NCBI GenBank assembly: GCA_905178155.1
Contig: CAJINV010000005.1
Coordinates: 2,544,054 to 2,608,053 of the forward strand
Direction of reading: 5' to 3'
Length of the DNA stretch: 64,000 nt
From: Amoebophrya sp. A120
Taxonomy: Eukaryota; Protista; Dinoflagellata
Position 1 is the stretch's first letter. Each line of letters starts with the position of its first letter. The translations under genes were made by a program, and so were the position numbers. Of the stretch, positions 49,165 to 61,100 are shown piece by piece. A model generated the notes under the pieces. It saw only the letters and a program-made list of their open reading frames with translations. It did no database searches and was not told the origin of the DNA.

Positions 49165-52100
49165 ATGTCGCTGTGCTCCCTTGCGTTCTTAGGTGTGCTC
49201 GTGTCGTCTTCGCGTGTACAAGCGGCGGCGTTGCACGATACAACTAGTAAGGTGGCGGCAGATCATGATCATCGTTGGACGGGTAGCGAAGATGGCCGCG
49301 CACAGCTCTTTGATCCCCGTACTTATCAGGAGCTTATCCTGAGTAAAAACGTACCCACACCAGAGTCAGGATGGGGATTTTGCAACACAAACCTAGGAGC
49401 TTTGTGAGTCACGCATGACAAGTTGCACACTGCAGTGTAGTGCAGGTTAGCAAGTGCAGCCGCATCACAGATTCATCTGCTCATCCTGTTCACAGCATCA
49501 CAAATTCCAAAACGCGATTGGAAATGGCTCTCATGGGGATGCGCATTACAAGTCTTCCTGTCTTTGCAAATCTGCATTACAACTCTGGCGTGGGTACGTT
49601 TTTACTCAGGATAGAGCTCCAGACATATTTTTCTGAGGACCAGGCACGCCAGATTCTTTATCAAATGCAAAAATGTTTGGGTCTGGAAGATTTTGAGATT
49701 TGTCATGCTTTTCTGACATGACTCAAGAATCTGTGATGCATGGGCGCGAAGCGGTCCGCTTTTCTGTCATGCAAACACGCAGTTTGCCATGCGGAACACG
49801 CAACACATAGGAGCCCAAAAAATTTGTCATGCTTGGCTCCGTATTGCAGTGGAACTCTCGTTCACTTTTAGCATCACAAGTTTCCAGACCCAGACATTTT
49901 TACATTTGATATTCTTGGTGGAGGGTTCAAACCTCATGACGATCCATCGGGTGGAGACGATGTTGGCGATCCGAGCCGGTGTTTTGCCCGCCCGGAGCAG
50001 CTTCTCATGGCAGCTACTGACGCGTGTCGGTACAAAGATTCAATATTTTTATTTTGCCATCTTCAACCATATTGATGCTTTCTCTTTCATTTCCGAGCTG
50101 CGCTCCTTCATGCGCCTTCTTTTCATGGTCTCCGTTCGTACATGCAGCACAGAAAATATATGTAAGTATGCTGTTTGTGTTTCACGACCTGTCTTTCAAA
50201 TTTCCGCATGGTATCTATGATCACAGGTTTGGCCAGCTGCGTACTTCTTCCGCCCGGAGAGCGGAAGGCCTGGACGACCCTCGCAAACTGCACTGCCTGC
50301 AAGCCTGGGCGGCCTGGAAAGCTCCGCAAATGGAGGGTCGCACAGCTTCAGATTCTTCTGCTTCAAGGGAACTGCAACAACGTCGACGCGGGCTGTTCGG
50401 TTCCTGCCCGTGCCGCAACTCCACGCGCCTGACCCCGGCCGAACAGCAAGCAGCTAGGAGAAAGAAACTCGACGCAGATCGCGCCGCTTTGTATGCGGAT
50501 TTCTTCGCCGCAGATATGTGGGGCGCTCTGCACACACCCTTCTTGCCCGGGTGCTATCCGAGAGCGGATTTTGCAACGCTGGATGCAGCTAAAGCTTCTG
50601 GAAATCTGAATTATTTCCCTTACGTTGAAGAAGGACGCAAATTGGTACACCCCGACGAAGTGAAGGCTCTGTTGGACGACAGCCACGAGCAGCAGGGCGG
50701 CGCCGGCTGCGATATGGGAACCACAACTGGCACTGAAAATCTAGAGGCATCAAGCGCCGCCAAGGTGGGCCACGCCTTGGCCACCTCGCACATCTCGCTC
50801 ATCCCAGACGCGGGCTACAACCTCGGAGTCGGGAAGGAGGACATCACAAAAGCTGTGGACAAGATTCTACCCGGCTCTGCGGGACGAGAGCGGGTCCTAC
50901 AACCGCAGGAAAAGCAGCAACCGAAAGGAGCAGATCCAGATTTGAAGAAAAAGCAGGAGAAAGAGCAGAAGGAGGAAAGGCGCAAATACGTGCGCACGTT
51001 CCTCGCTGAACCGCTGATGAAAGATTTTCTTCTCAACAGACAAGAGCTGTACCAATACCACGATGACGACGAAGAGACGGGAGAAGCAGCCGAACAAAGT
51101 GCGAAAAAGAAGGCGGAGCAAGGTCCCTACACGCTGCTCGACCTGGAGGAGTCCGAGCACGACCCGTTTGAATTTTTTCTCGTGCTGAATTACACGAGTA
51201 ACGCCTTTTTCCACACTGGTTTCCGCGTCGTGGTGTACGAGCGGCCTGATGGTGGCGCCGCCGCCGGTGGAATTGGCCCATCTGGGGCGGGTGGAGGAGG
51301 ACAAGCGGGACAGCCGCAGCGGCAGCCTCAAGAGGGGCTGCAAGCATCTATGAGCAGCAGACCTCAAGTAGAACATCAACATCATCCCTTCTATCTGGTG
51401 AACAATTATCCCTTTTGGGTGCGCGAAATGCTCTTCTGGGAAAACACGATGGCAAACGCGACTACACCGGCCACGGCAGGAGGAGGTACTGCTGCTCCAA
51501 AGGCGACGCCTCCCCCACCGCCCTCCAAGTCGGAACAGTTACAACAAAAATATTCGTGGGCCGCGCAACCATGTCTGTTGAGTAAGGAAGGCGTGGTGGA
51601 TAAAACGAATCCTCTTGCAAGAGAACTGTTCCCAGTCGTCCTGCAACACGGACAGGAAGTCGTGTGGGAAAAGACGTCAAACAAGCGAGACGCTGTCCCC
51701 GCCCCGGTCGGGTCCTCAGCTGCACAGGCGACGTTGCGCAAAGCGACCTTCTGGGGATTCCAGGACGATGTGACCTCAATCGCGCAGTGGCTGGGCCGCG
51801 GATTGTGTAGCTTCGATCTGTTCGTTTATGGTCGCACCAAGTCGGATATGCAAGACGAGAAGGACTGTCCGCGGCTGGTAGAGATGATGCAGAATGCGGA
51901 TGCAGTAGCGAACGGCGGGGCGGTTTCTGTTTCATCTGCTGCTCCGTCTGGAACAACTGCAGCAGCAGGAGGTGCTGCGCCCCGCGTTGGTGAAGCAGGT
52001 GGAACAGACCAAGCTGCGCAACCTGACGATGAAAGCAAAGCTGGACGTAAGGACCGAACGAAAAAATTGCTGCGTTGGTTTTTGGGTGGAAAAAATACAA

Positions 52101-55100
52101 CTCGGCGGGACCGACTGAGTTCCGACGCACTGAAAGCTGCGAAAAAGTTTTTGAAGCTGGATCGGGTCACGGAGGTTTTTTTGTTCTCGGGCTTTCCCAG
52201 CGCGCAAGCGAAGTATCTGAAAGCTGCGATGGAGGAATACAACAAGCGCAGCGCGCTCTTGGTACAGTCCTTCACGCGCTGGCGCGCGGACTTTTTGTCG
52301 TTGCAGGAAAGGATCAAGAAAGCACACGGACTCGTGCGCGAAACCGTGACGGAAGGCCTCGACTGGTTCATTGGGAGTAGGAAGAGCGACAAGGCCAGCA
52401 AAAAGGGAGCCGCGGTTGATGTTTCGCCGGGAGTTGTCGCGCCGTCCGGGGCGGCGTCTCCTGGTTTCGCTCCCTCTGGCACGGCGAGGCCTCCTGTTCA
52501 GGGTGGGATGTTGCCCCGAAGCGGTAGTACTGGTGGTAACGACGCAAGACGAGGACCCGATTTGGCCGGCGTTTCACCCGCTCCTTCGGGTGGAGGTACG
52601 ACAGATAATGACACCGACGAAGAGGAGCAGGAAGATCTTCATGCGCAGATATTCGATGGTGACATTCTTGCACACCAAATTCCGACCACGCGTGCTCTCA
52701 GCTTCCGTTTAGTCGGCCTCTTGCACCAGTTGCAATACTTCCGTGCGGTCTTGTATCTGATCCACATTCCCTCCTGGCACCGGGGGCTGCGCAAGTTGTC
52801 CGCTTTGCACGCGCGGGCGAGGCATTCGCGTGCGCACTTCTTACTGGGGCAGGAGGCGGAGATAGGCGGCAAGGTCGCGGAGCTGCGGGCGTCTGTGGAG
52901 CAGCTAATGGCACAGGAGAAAGAACAACGGAGACGGATGGGTGGACCACAGGCGGTGTTACCTGATGATGCAGCCCTTCGTAAACGCCTGGAGAAAATTC
53001 GTGATCAAGACGTGCAGCAGTGGGTCCAACAAGCGCGCGTGCGCGAGCTGCGCAGTGATATGGCGTTCTCAAACGTTACATTCTCAACTGTTACATGATT
53101 TGTCATGCAAAACTTCCATGAGCCACCAGACAATCAAGCCACCTCGCATGACAAATCCCCGAAGGGCTAAACAGCACCTAAATCTGTGCCGGATTTGTGA
53201 TGCGAGAGTTGCAAGCTTGCCTCTTTCACTGTTGCGGTTCTCGCATCACAAAGTCATGTAACAGTTCAGAATGTAACGTTTGAGAACGCCATAAGTGAGG
53301 GAACGGGGTTACACCTCGTTTTATTGTACCGCAGCGTGGTATATCAAATGTAAAAATGTCTGGGTCTGGAAGATTGCAACTTGTCATGCTGTTTTTGGAC
53401 TCTAAAAAAAATTGTATTGCATGACCAGCAAGAGGGGCATCATTTGTGCTGCACGGGCAGGGCATTTCTCATGCGGAAGGTGCATCAGGAAGCCTTCTAA
53501 AAGTCTGCGATGCTAAGTCATGCATTACAGGCATCATCGGCCATAAGAAATATGCATGACAAATCTTGCATTCTTCCAGACCCAGACATTTTTGCATTTG
53601 ATATGGTGCGACGAGGACGACCTGAGGTGGATCTGCCGCAGCTTCAAGGCAGGAAAGTTTTCCACTCTGACGTCCAGAGGAATCCGAGTGTAGAAGCTGA
53701 CGACACGACACAACAACAACAGCAGGTCGCCTCCCAGACTGGTGCGATTGCCCCCTTGCACCACATGGCTGGGTCTGGTGGCGCTTTCAGTACAGCAAAG
53801 TCCGAGGATGCGGAGGACGAAGCGTATCTGTCGTTCGCAAATATGCGGGAGTGGATCCAGGTTGTGGGTGCGGTCCAAGGGGGTCGTGGTGGTCAAGGAC
53901 ATCAAGCACGTCGCGAGGACCAAATGACAGTGGATGATCCACCTCCGATTGACACCGAAAAGTTGGAAACTGATTCGACACTGCAGAAATTTTGGGCGAA
54001 ATACCTCCAAAAACAACGACACGCCGAACAACAAGCAGGACAACGGCAAACGCAAAGTGATGCGACTTTGCTGCAGCAGCAGCTGTCGAAAGAGGAATTT
54101 TACACGCAGCACCGCGACATGCTGCAGCTGCGCGCAACGTTCTGGGTTGACCCGAACGCTGCAGGAGCCGCTGGGTACGACACCCCGCTGAGCTGCCTGC
54201 TGGTCGCTACCGGTTTCGTAGACAGAATTTCTGCAGCAGAAACCCGTCGACGGTCTTTGTATATTGCGGGCTCTCGTGGTCCACCTCCTCCAAAGCCGAG
54301 CCCCAAAGGCGACATTAAATTTCCCGCAGTCCGGCTTCGGGAGAATGTTGTGTTTGCGCAAGTACCGACCTACATGGTGTCGGCGAAGAATGCGACGGTG
54401 GGTTCTTGGGTGGAAACTGCACGGACCACTTCGAGGCCCGTAGATATGACACTGCCGCTGAAGTACAGTCTGTATTTGAAAATGATGCAACAAGCGGACA
54501 AGTCGATTTTTTCCGCGCTTCAAAACGAGCGGCTTACCGCGACCACGCATTCTAGTGAGTACTTCCTTATCAGTAGAGACGCATCGCACACCAGCATCGA
54601 AGCCATGCCCGACGGCCGTGCCTTTCTGCCGGAGGTGTCGCAATTGCTCTTCGACAGCCTAGGGGACAGCGAATCGGCGCTGCGGGCGGTTTTTAAGTGG
54701 GCGGTCCGACTCCTTCCCTCGGGCATTTCGCTTTTCGACGCCTCCGAAGTCGCGGTGAACGCCCCAGAAATCTACAAAAAAATGGACGAAATCCTGAACG
54801 AGCTGGCCGCACCGAGTGCAGTTGGTCGTTCTGGGCCAGGGGTTGAGGGGTTAGGATTTAGGGCCGAACAAGAGGACGGCGAGATGAACCCCGACGAGCT
54901 GCACCAGCTCCTCCGCGACGGTGCTGACGATCTCTCGTCCTTCGACCCCGAGCCTGACACCTTTGGCCTCCTCACAGCGGAGATACACCAAGTGTCCCTA
55001 AGCACGCTTCGCGATTACGCAATGAAAAAGCATCTTGCCAGCGCAGGAGGAGGTGTTACTGGTAGACCGAAGTCTACTCGTAGCGGCAGGGGTGCTGGAT

Positions 55101-58100
55101 CTTCACATGCACAGGATGCGAGGAGGAGCACGGCGCGCACTATATTCGAGGACGCTGACGTCCAGCAGACGTATGGTTTGCAGAATCCATTGCTCATTTC
55201 GCTCCCGGGATTCGAGGACCGGTTGGCGGAAATGACCCGGAAACTCGGCGCCACACAGTTGCTCGTCCGTCTCGCGCAGACGGTCGAAGCAAGAAACACT
55301 TTCGAGCGGGAGGCGCTGCTGCGGAAGAAGAAGGCCTTTCGCGAGTTGCCGCTGTTGAAATTGACGGGCGGTGAGAGAGATTTTTCCTTGCAAAGTTGTT
55401 CTCTTTCTAAAATGAAAACTACGGAAGAGCTTTCAACACACGCAGGCTCCCCCGCCGGCGTGAAGCAGGTTTTCTATTCGGAACGAGTACAGGGCGACTT
55501 TCGCTTTCCTGACCCGTTCTTCAGCCCGCAAAGGATGATGAACCTGACACCCAAAGTGTCTTCTACTTTTCCACAGCGCGTAGCTGACCTGTCGTCGCCC
55601 GCTGCTTATGCCACACAAACTACAACCGCGGGGAATTATATTAACTCGTCCACTTGGGACGTTCTGAGTCTTCCGCTGCGTCTTGCGAGGCTGCTGCTAT
55701 CTCAGAATGCGGTGGTGGAAGCGGGGGCAAATGGTTCAGAAGATGCAAAGCAACATCCAACAGCTGGCTTCACGGTGCTAGGCAGTGGCGACGTGGGGGT
55801 GGACGGAGTGTATGTGTATTCCGGACTGTGGACGAAGAAAACGGAGGCCCAAGAGCAGGGAGGTAGTGACTATTCTGACCTCTTCCGGCTTCTCGGCGAA
55901 ACTGAGATTTACGTTTGGGAACGTCGTCAGCAGAATGAGCGCGGACTGCAGATCATGAAAACGGGTTTGCACAGTAGCGGAAAAGCAGCAGATCACAAGG
56001 TTCCCACCTCCAGTCATGTTTTGCTGTATTTGCCCGCCACCCGCACCTGGTCTGTTGTTGAACTACTCGACGGACCGCTTCAGAGGAAGAGTCTCCGGCT
56101 GCCGAGGAGAAGCAGATCTCCGGCAAGCCGCGGACAACGAAGTAGAAGTCGTTCGCGGTCGGCTTCGGGTCGTGCACAGAGTGGAGGGAGCCGATCGAAG
56201 TCCCCGAAGCGGTCTCCTTTTCGCCGCAGAGGTGCAGAATCAGGCAAACGGGGAAGTAGTAGAAACCGATCTAATTCGGCGACGCCAGATGAAACTAGTC
56301 GCACGGAAAAGAAAAAGCAAACAAGCAGAAGTCGAAGTGGCAGGTCGAGGTCCGCATCGTTGCAGAGAAAGGCTAAATCAAGATCGCCGTCGAAAGCGCA
56401 GGAGGTGCCGCACCAGGGAAAAATTCCGCGCGACTTGAAGACCTCCAAATGGAGTCTGAGGTTCTCCTGCCCCTTAAGCAACATAAGTGCCAGCTCTTTC
56501 AATGCAGCAGAAGAACATCGACGTTCCCATTGGATGTACAGTGCGATGGTTGATGATGTTCCCTCACCCGAGTCGTGTTACTGGCTGCGTCGATCTTCGC
56601 ACGGCGAAATGACGGCTAAGGCTCCCAAGACGCTGCAAGGTACCTCCACAGCTTTCAGAGCCGCGGCTTCTGCCCACGACCCATTGGGCAATGGGCAGAC
56701 CAGCGTCGTGCCGGCTCTGCGGGTTACAGCCGTTGATACGAGCTTGGGAAAGGTCTTGAAGGGGTATATTTCGAATCAAATTCATAATTCCAACCACGAA
56801 GAAGCCCGGATTGACAGTCGCGTGGCGAAGCATCAAGTCCGCGACGACTTCGTTCGCTTTATCCTGCTCCCCGCTCTGTTCACCGAGCACCAGAAAGATG
56901 TAGATCTGCAGGTAGCAAGAGCGTTTGCGGCGTTGAAAGTTGGCCAAGATGATCGTCCTCTTGCGGACCAAGTCCTCACGCACGACGAGGGGAGCAAACT
57001 GGACAGGATCGAGCGCAAAATCGTGATCCTGCTCCGTTCCTGGCGCGCCGAGGTGCGTCGGCATTTGTCTGCACGGTGGAGAAAAGCGACTTCAGAAACG
57101 ATGCTGGGGTACCTCGCCGGTGTGCTTCGACATTTGAACGTCGGGACGACCAGCTCCAAAAGACGGGAAATTCAGAACAGTTTCTTCGCAGCTCTGGGGG
57201 CTGCAAACCTGCAGGAGGCGGCCATCGGCTTCCTGGAGTATCACGCAACCGATTTGAGGACGAAAAGCCGAAAGACAGAAGGTCGGGGCGATCTTCGTGA
57301 TCCCGCGGGGGCACCACGAAATAAAATCCTTGAGGAATTCGAGCCTGGAATGAAGAACGCGCGAGCGTACGCAAAAGCGCTTGCAGACCGTTTGAGTCCG
57401 CACGCGGGAATTTTTGGTGCGCATTTTGGCAGGCGACTGGTGGAAAGCGCGAACAACGTCGTCACCGAGGTTGTCAACCTCACAGTTCCACCTGCAACAC
57501 CAGCACTTGGCGACAGTACACCACCAGCAGCTTATTTTCCGGCCTCTCGACCAGCAGGAGCACCAGGACATCCTGATTCTGGAGACGAGAGCGATGATCT
57601 CATTGACTACAGCCAGGTCACGCGCACCTTCTTTTTTTTTCGTGGGGAAAAAAATTTCGAGCTCAACATCACGCTGGCACTGCAGCGCCCGAGCACTGGC
57701 TTGGAGTTCCTCCCTTTGGGCCTGGAAAAGGTCAGCAGTCTGGGGAAAGCGTTGGGCGACGGTGAGATTGAGCTGATACTGAGAAGTGAGGCGGCCGAAG
57801 CACGACCTGCTGAAGACGAAGACGAGGACGCAGATGGAGCGCTTTACTATGGTCGTGTTCCGAGCGGGGCCGGCATCTTTACCGGCGACGGCAGAGCAGC
57901 AGCTCCACCCCCCGGTCAAGCGGGCAAAGCAGAAAAAGCAGGAGAAGATCAGGATGCTTCTGTTGACCTCCCGCTGGCGCAGTTTATTCGGGACTTGTTG
58001 GCGGTGACGGGGGAAAAACAGGCGGCTTTTCGGGACCAGAAGAAACTGAATTTGTGCCCGGAAGCGGCGAAACTTGCCTTGCTCCGGGATGTGACCAAAG

Positions 58101-61100
58101 ACATTTTCGCGGACGACGGCGAAGCCCTATTTTTGAGCTACACGTCGCAGATCAACGAGGACCCCTTGCTCTCTTCTTGGTTGGTACAACCTAAGCCGCG
58201 CGTAGAATCACGCGCGCCGGAGTCTGACTGCAAACAGAATCTGAAAACGTTTCAAGAGCTGCTGAAGCAGAAAGTCAGTCGGTCCACTGCAACTTCTACT
58301 AGTGCTGGACCACGGGGCGCCGGAGGGCCACGACGAGCTTCACCTGCTACGCAGGCTTTGAAACCTCAGAAAGAAGCCACATCGGTGATCGTGGAAAAAA
58401 TGTCGGGGCTGTCGATCACGGAAGGCCAGGGCCGCGGCCGCGGCGACGGGTCCTTTTGCAGCAGTAGAAAGCCAGAAGTTTCTCTGTACTGTCAGCAGGT
58501 GCCGCACGTTATTTTTGAAGACGGAAGCGGCGTCACCAAGGCCGATTTCGACCCCTACACAATTCCGCTCAAGTCTTCTCTTTCCAGTGATGGTTTTGCG
58601 TTGGGTTGTTCCCAGAATCTGCAGTTCATCAGTGCTGGTGCACACCAAGTAGATGAACACCCAGGAGGTGGTCGTGGTGCCGCGTCGGGTCAACAGCAAC
58701 GAACACAAGTCCTTGAGGAGCACAAGTGGTACGAAATGCAGCTCCCGCGGATGATCGTTGATCAGGTCTCTGCTCGTCCCACCAGCGGTCGTGCCTTTTC
58801 AAGCGGCAGAGCTGCACCTGATCGTGTAGTTGCCGACGAAGTAGATACAACAACTTCTACAGCTGCGCTGTCGGCCTTTGTCGTCGGTCCGAAACTGCAG
58901 AAAATCGACGGCCGCACCTTACTCGACGCGACCCTTTCCGACACATTTGTCGCCGCCTTTCGCAAGGTGGAAGGGGTACCGAGTGGGTGGATACGGGAAC
59001 GGAGGAAAGAGTACGATCAGCGACGGGCTGCGTACAGCGACTGGATGCAGAAAAGCTTACCGGCGTACGTCGGTTCGGTGGAAAAAATGTTGACCGAGCG
59101 GGCGACAGTTCCGGGCTTTGAAAAGTTTTCGAAAGAAGTTGTAAACCCGGCAGAACAAGATCTAGATCAGCAAAGCGTCGATGTCGCCGCTGTTCCCCGC
59201 GGGGGCCCAGTGACGTTGAGATCATTTCAGGATCAGCAAGAACAATCGTCGATTCACTTACCGAGAATTTCGGAGCAACCGCCACAGGCTATTGGAAATG
59301 ATGAAGGGAGAGATGACGCGTGGGCACCAACGCGTCGCCAAGTTCTACCTGCGTACTATTTTGACGATGATCAATTTACGGCCTCAGAACAGCAGAAAAC
59401 TTCCTTAATCCTGCCCCACGGGCTCGATTCCTTCCAGAAAAAGCTGTTGATCGACCAGGCCAACAAGGTTGCCGACGCGGAGGGGACGCTTCTGGACCCA
59501 GCCGCTTTTCGGAAGAAGGAGGAGAGTGCTGATGCGTACCTGGAGCAGACCCTGGGCATCGCGGCGCACAGGGAGAAACAAGAACACGAAAGGACCGCGC
59601 GGACCCATGCGGTGTTGGAGTTTCTGGAGGGCTACGTTTTTGGCACGGCATTATACGACAACTGGATTGCGCTCGAGGCGTTTCAGTGCGGTATGGGAGT
59701 AAACCTCTTTGATCTGAACGACGTTGCAAGGAGAAGTACAACAACTGGGACGAGCGCAGAGCCATCTCGATCAAGATCTCGATCAAGATCAAGCGCAAGC
59801 CATCTTGGGCAAGATCAAGCTCTACTACGTGGAGAAGGACGTCCTCAGGACGAAGGTTCCTCTTACGGGCCCCCGCATCTCCTGTCTCCGCATGAAGTGA
59901 AGCAACTAATCGACTACAACACGTTGACGTTGACGTCAACATCTGAACCAGGACAGGATCACGAACGTTTTATTTCAAGCCCAGCTTCCTACCGCTTAAT
60001 CCCGCTGCCGGTGCTCGAGAAACTAGCAAAGAAGGGAAGCGCGCCGCACTGTCGGAAGTGGGCGCAGACCCAACTTGCAGACTGGCGGGTGAAACAGGAA
60101 TTGGGAAAATTTAAACAGCCGCCTGCTGAAGGAGTGCTTGGGGCTGCTGCTTTGCCAACAAATCAGTTGTACGCTGTATTAAAGTTGTCTTCAACAACAT
60201 CGAGTGCTGCAGACAGTAGTGGACTAACCGCTGGTGCCGTTGGACTTGGTCCTGCAATCAACAGCAGCAAACGCCTTCTGCAGAAACTGTTTGGTCACGC
60301 AGTTCTGCCACCGGCGGGCTATGCGAGGACGGCGAAGCACAACATCAAAAGTCCCACGAGCGATGGTCTACTTCCTCCGTCGGCTGGAGCGGGAGGGGGA
60401 CCATTGGGGCATGATGAACAAGCTGCAATACAAATGCCCGCGAAGCAGGTCGCACAAGACATACAGGCAGGTCGCACAAGGAGCAGGTCGGGAAGCAGGA
60501 GCAGGTCGGCAAGGAGCAGGTCGGCAAGTAGCAGGTCGGCACGGAGCAGTTCGGCAAGGAGCAGTTCGGCTTCGGCAAGAAGGAGCAGGTCTGCAATAGA
60601 AATGCAAGCGAAGCAGGTCGGCAAGGAGCAGGTCGCACAAGACACACAGGAGGCGTCGCTTGCGTCCTCGTCCTCTCGTCGGCTGCCAGATTTGATTCAA
60701 ACTTTTGTCTCGAAGCACCTCTTTGCCGTCACGTTCGGTGGTTCCTACTTGCAGGACACCGACGTCGTCCCGGTTGGGAGTACGGCAACGAGCGGCGCGC
60801 AAGGATGGTGGCGCGTGTTCGGCGCGAAAAGTGTCTTTCTGAGTGCGCGAAGGCTGGCGGGGCGGGGTGCAGCTACGAGTTGTAGAACAACGGCGACGAG
60901 AGGACCTAGAGGGCGTGCAGGTCCTGGTGTAGTTGCGCATCAATTCTACCAAGCTGCACCAGCCGAAGATGCTTTTGACGTCGATAGTGGTTTCTCATCC
61001 TCAGCCGCGTGTTCCGGCTCCGAATTTTCATCGTCACGGCCGCGGGGAGGTGTAGCAGCACTCAGTCGGAAATTATCCGGCGGCTTGTTGAGATCAGGCG

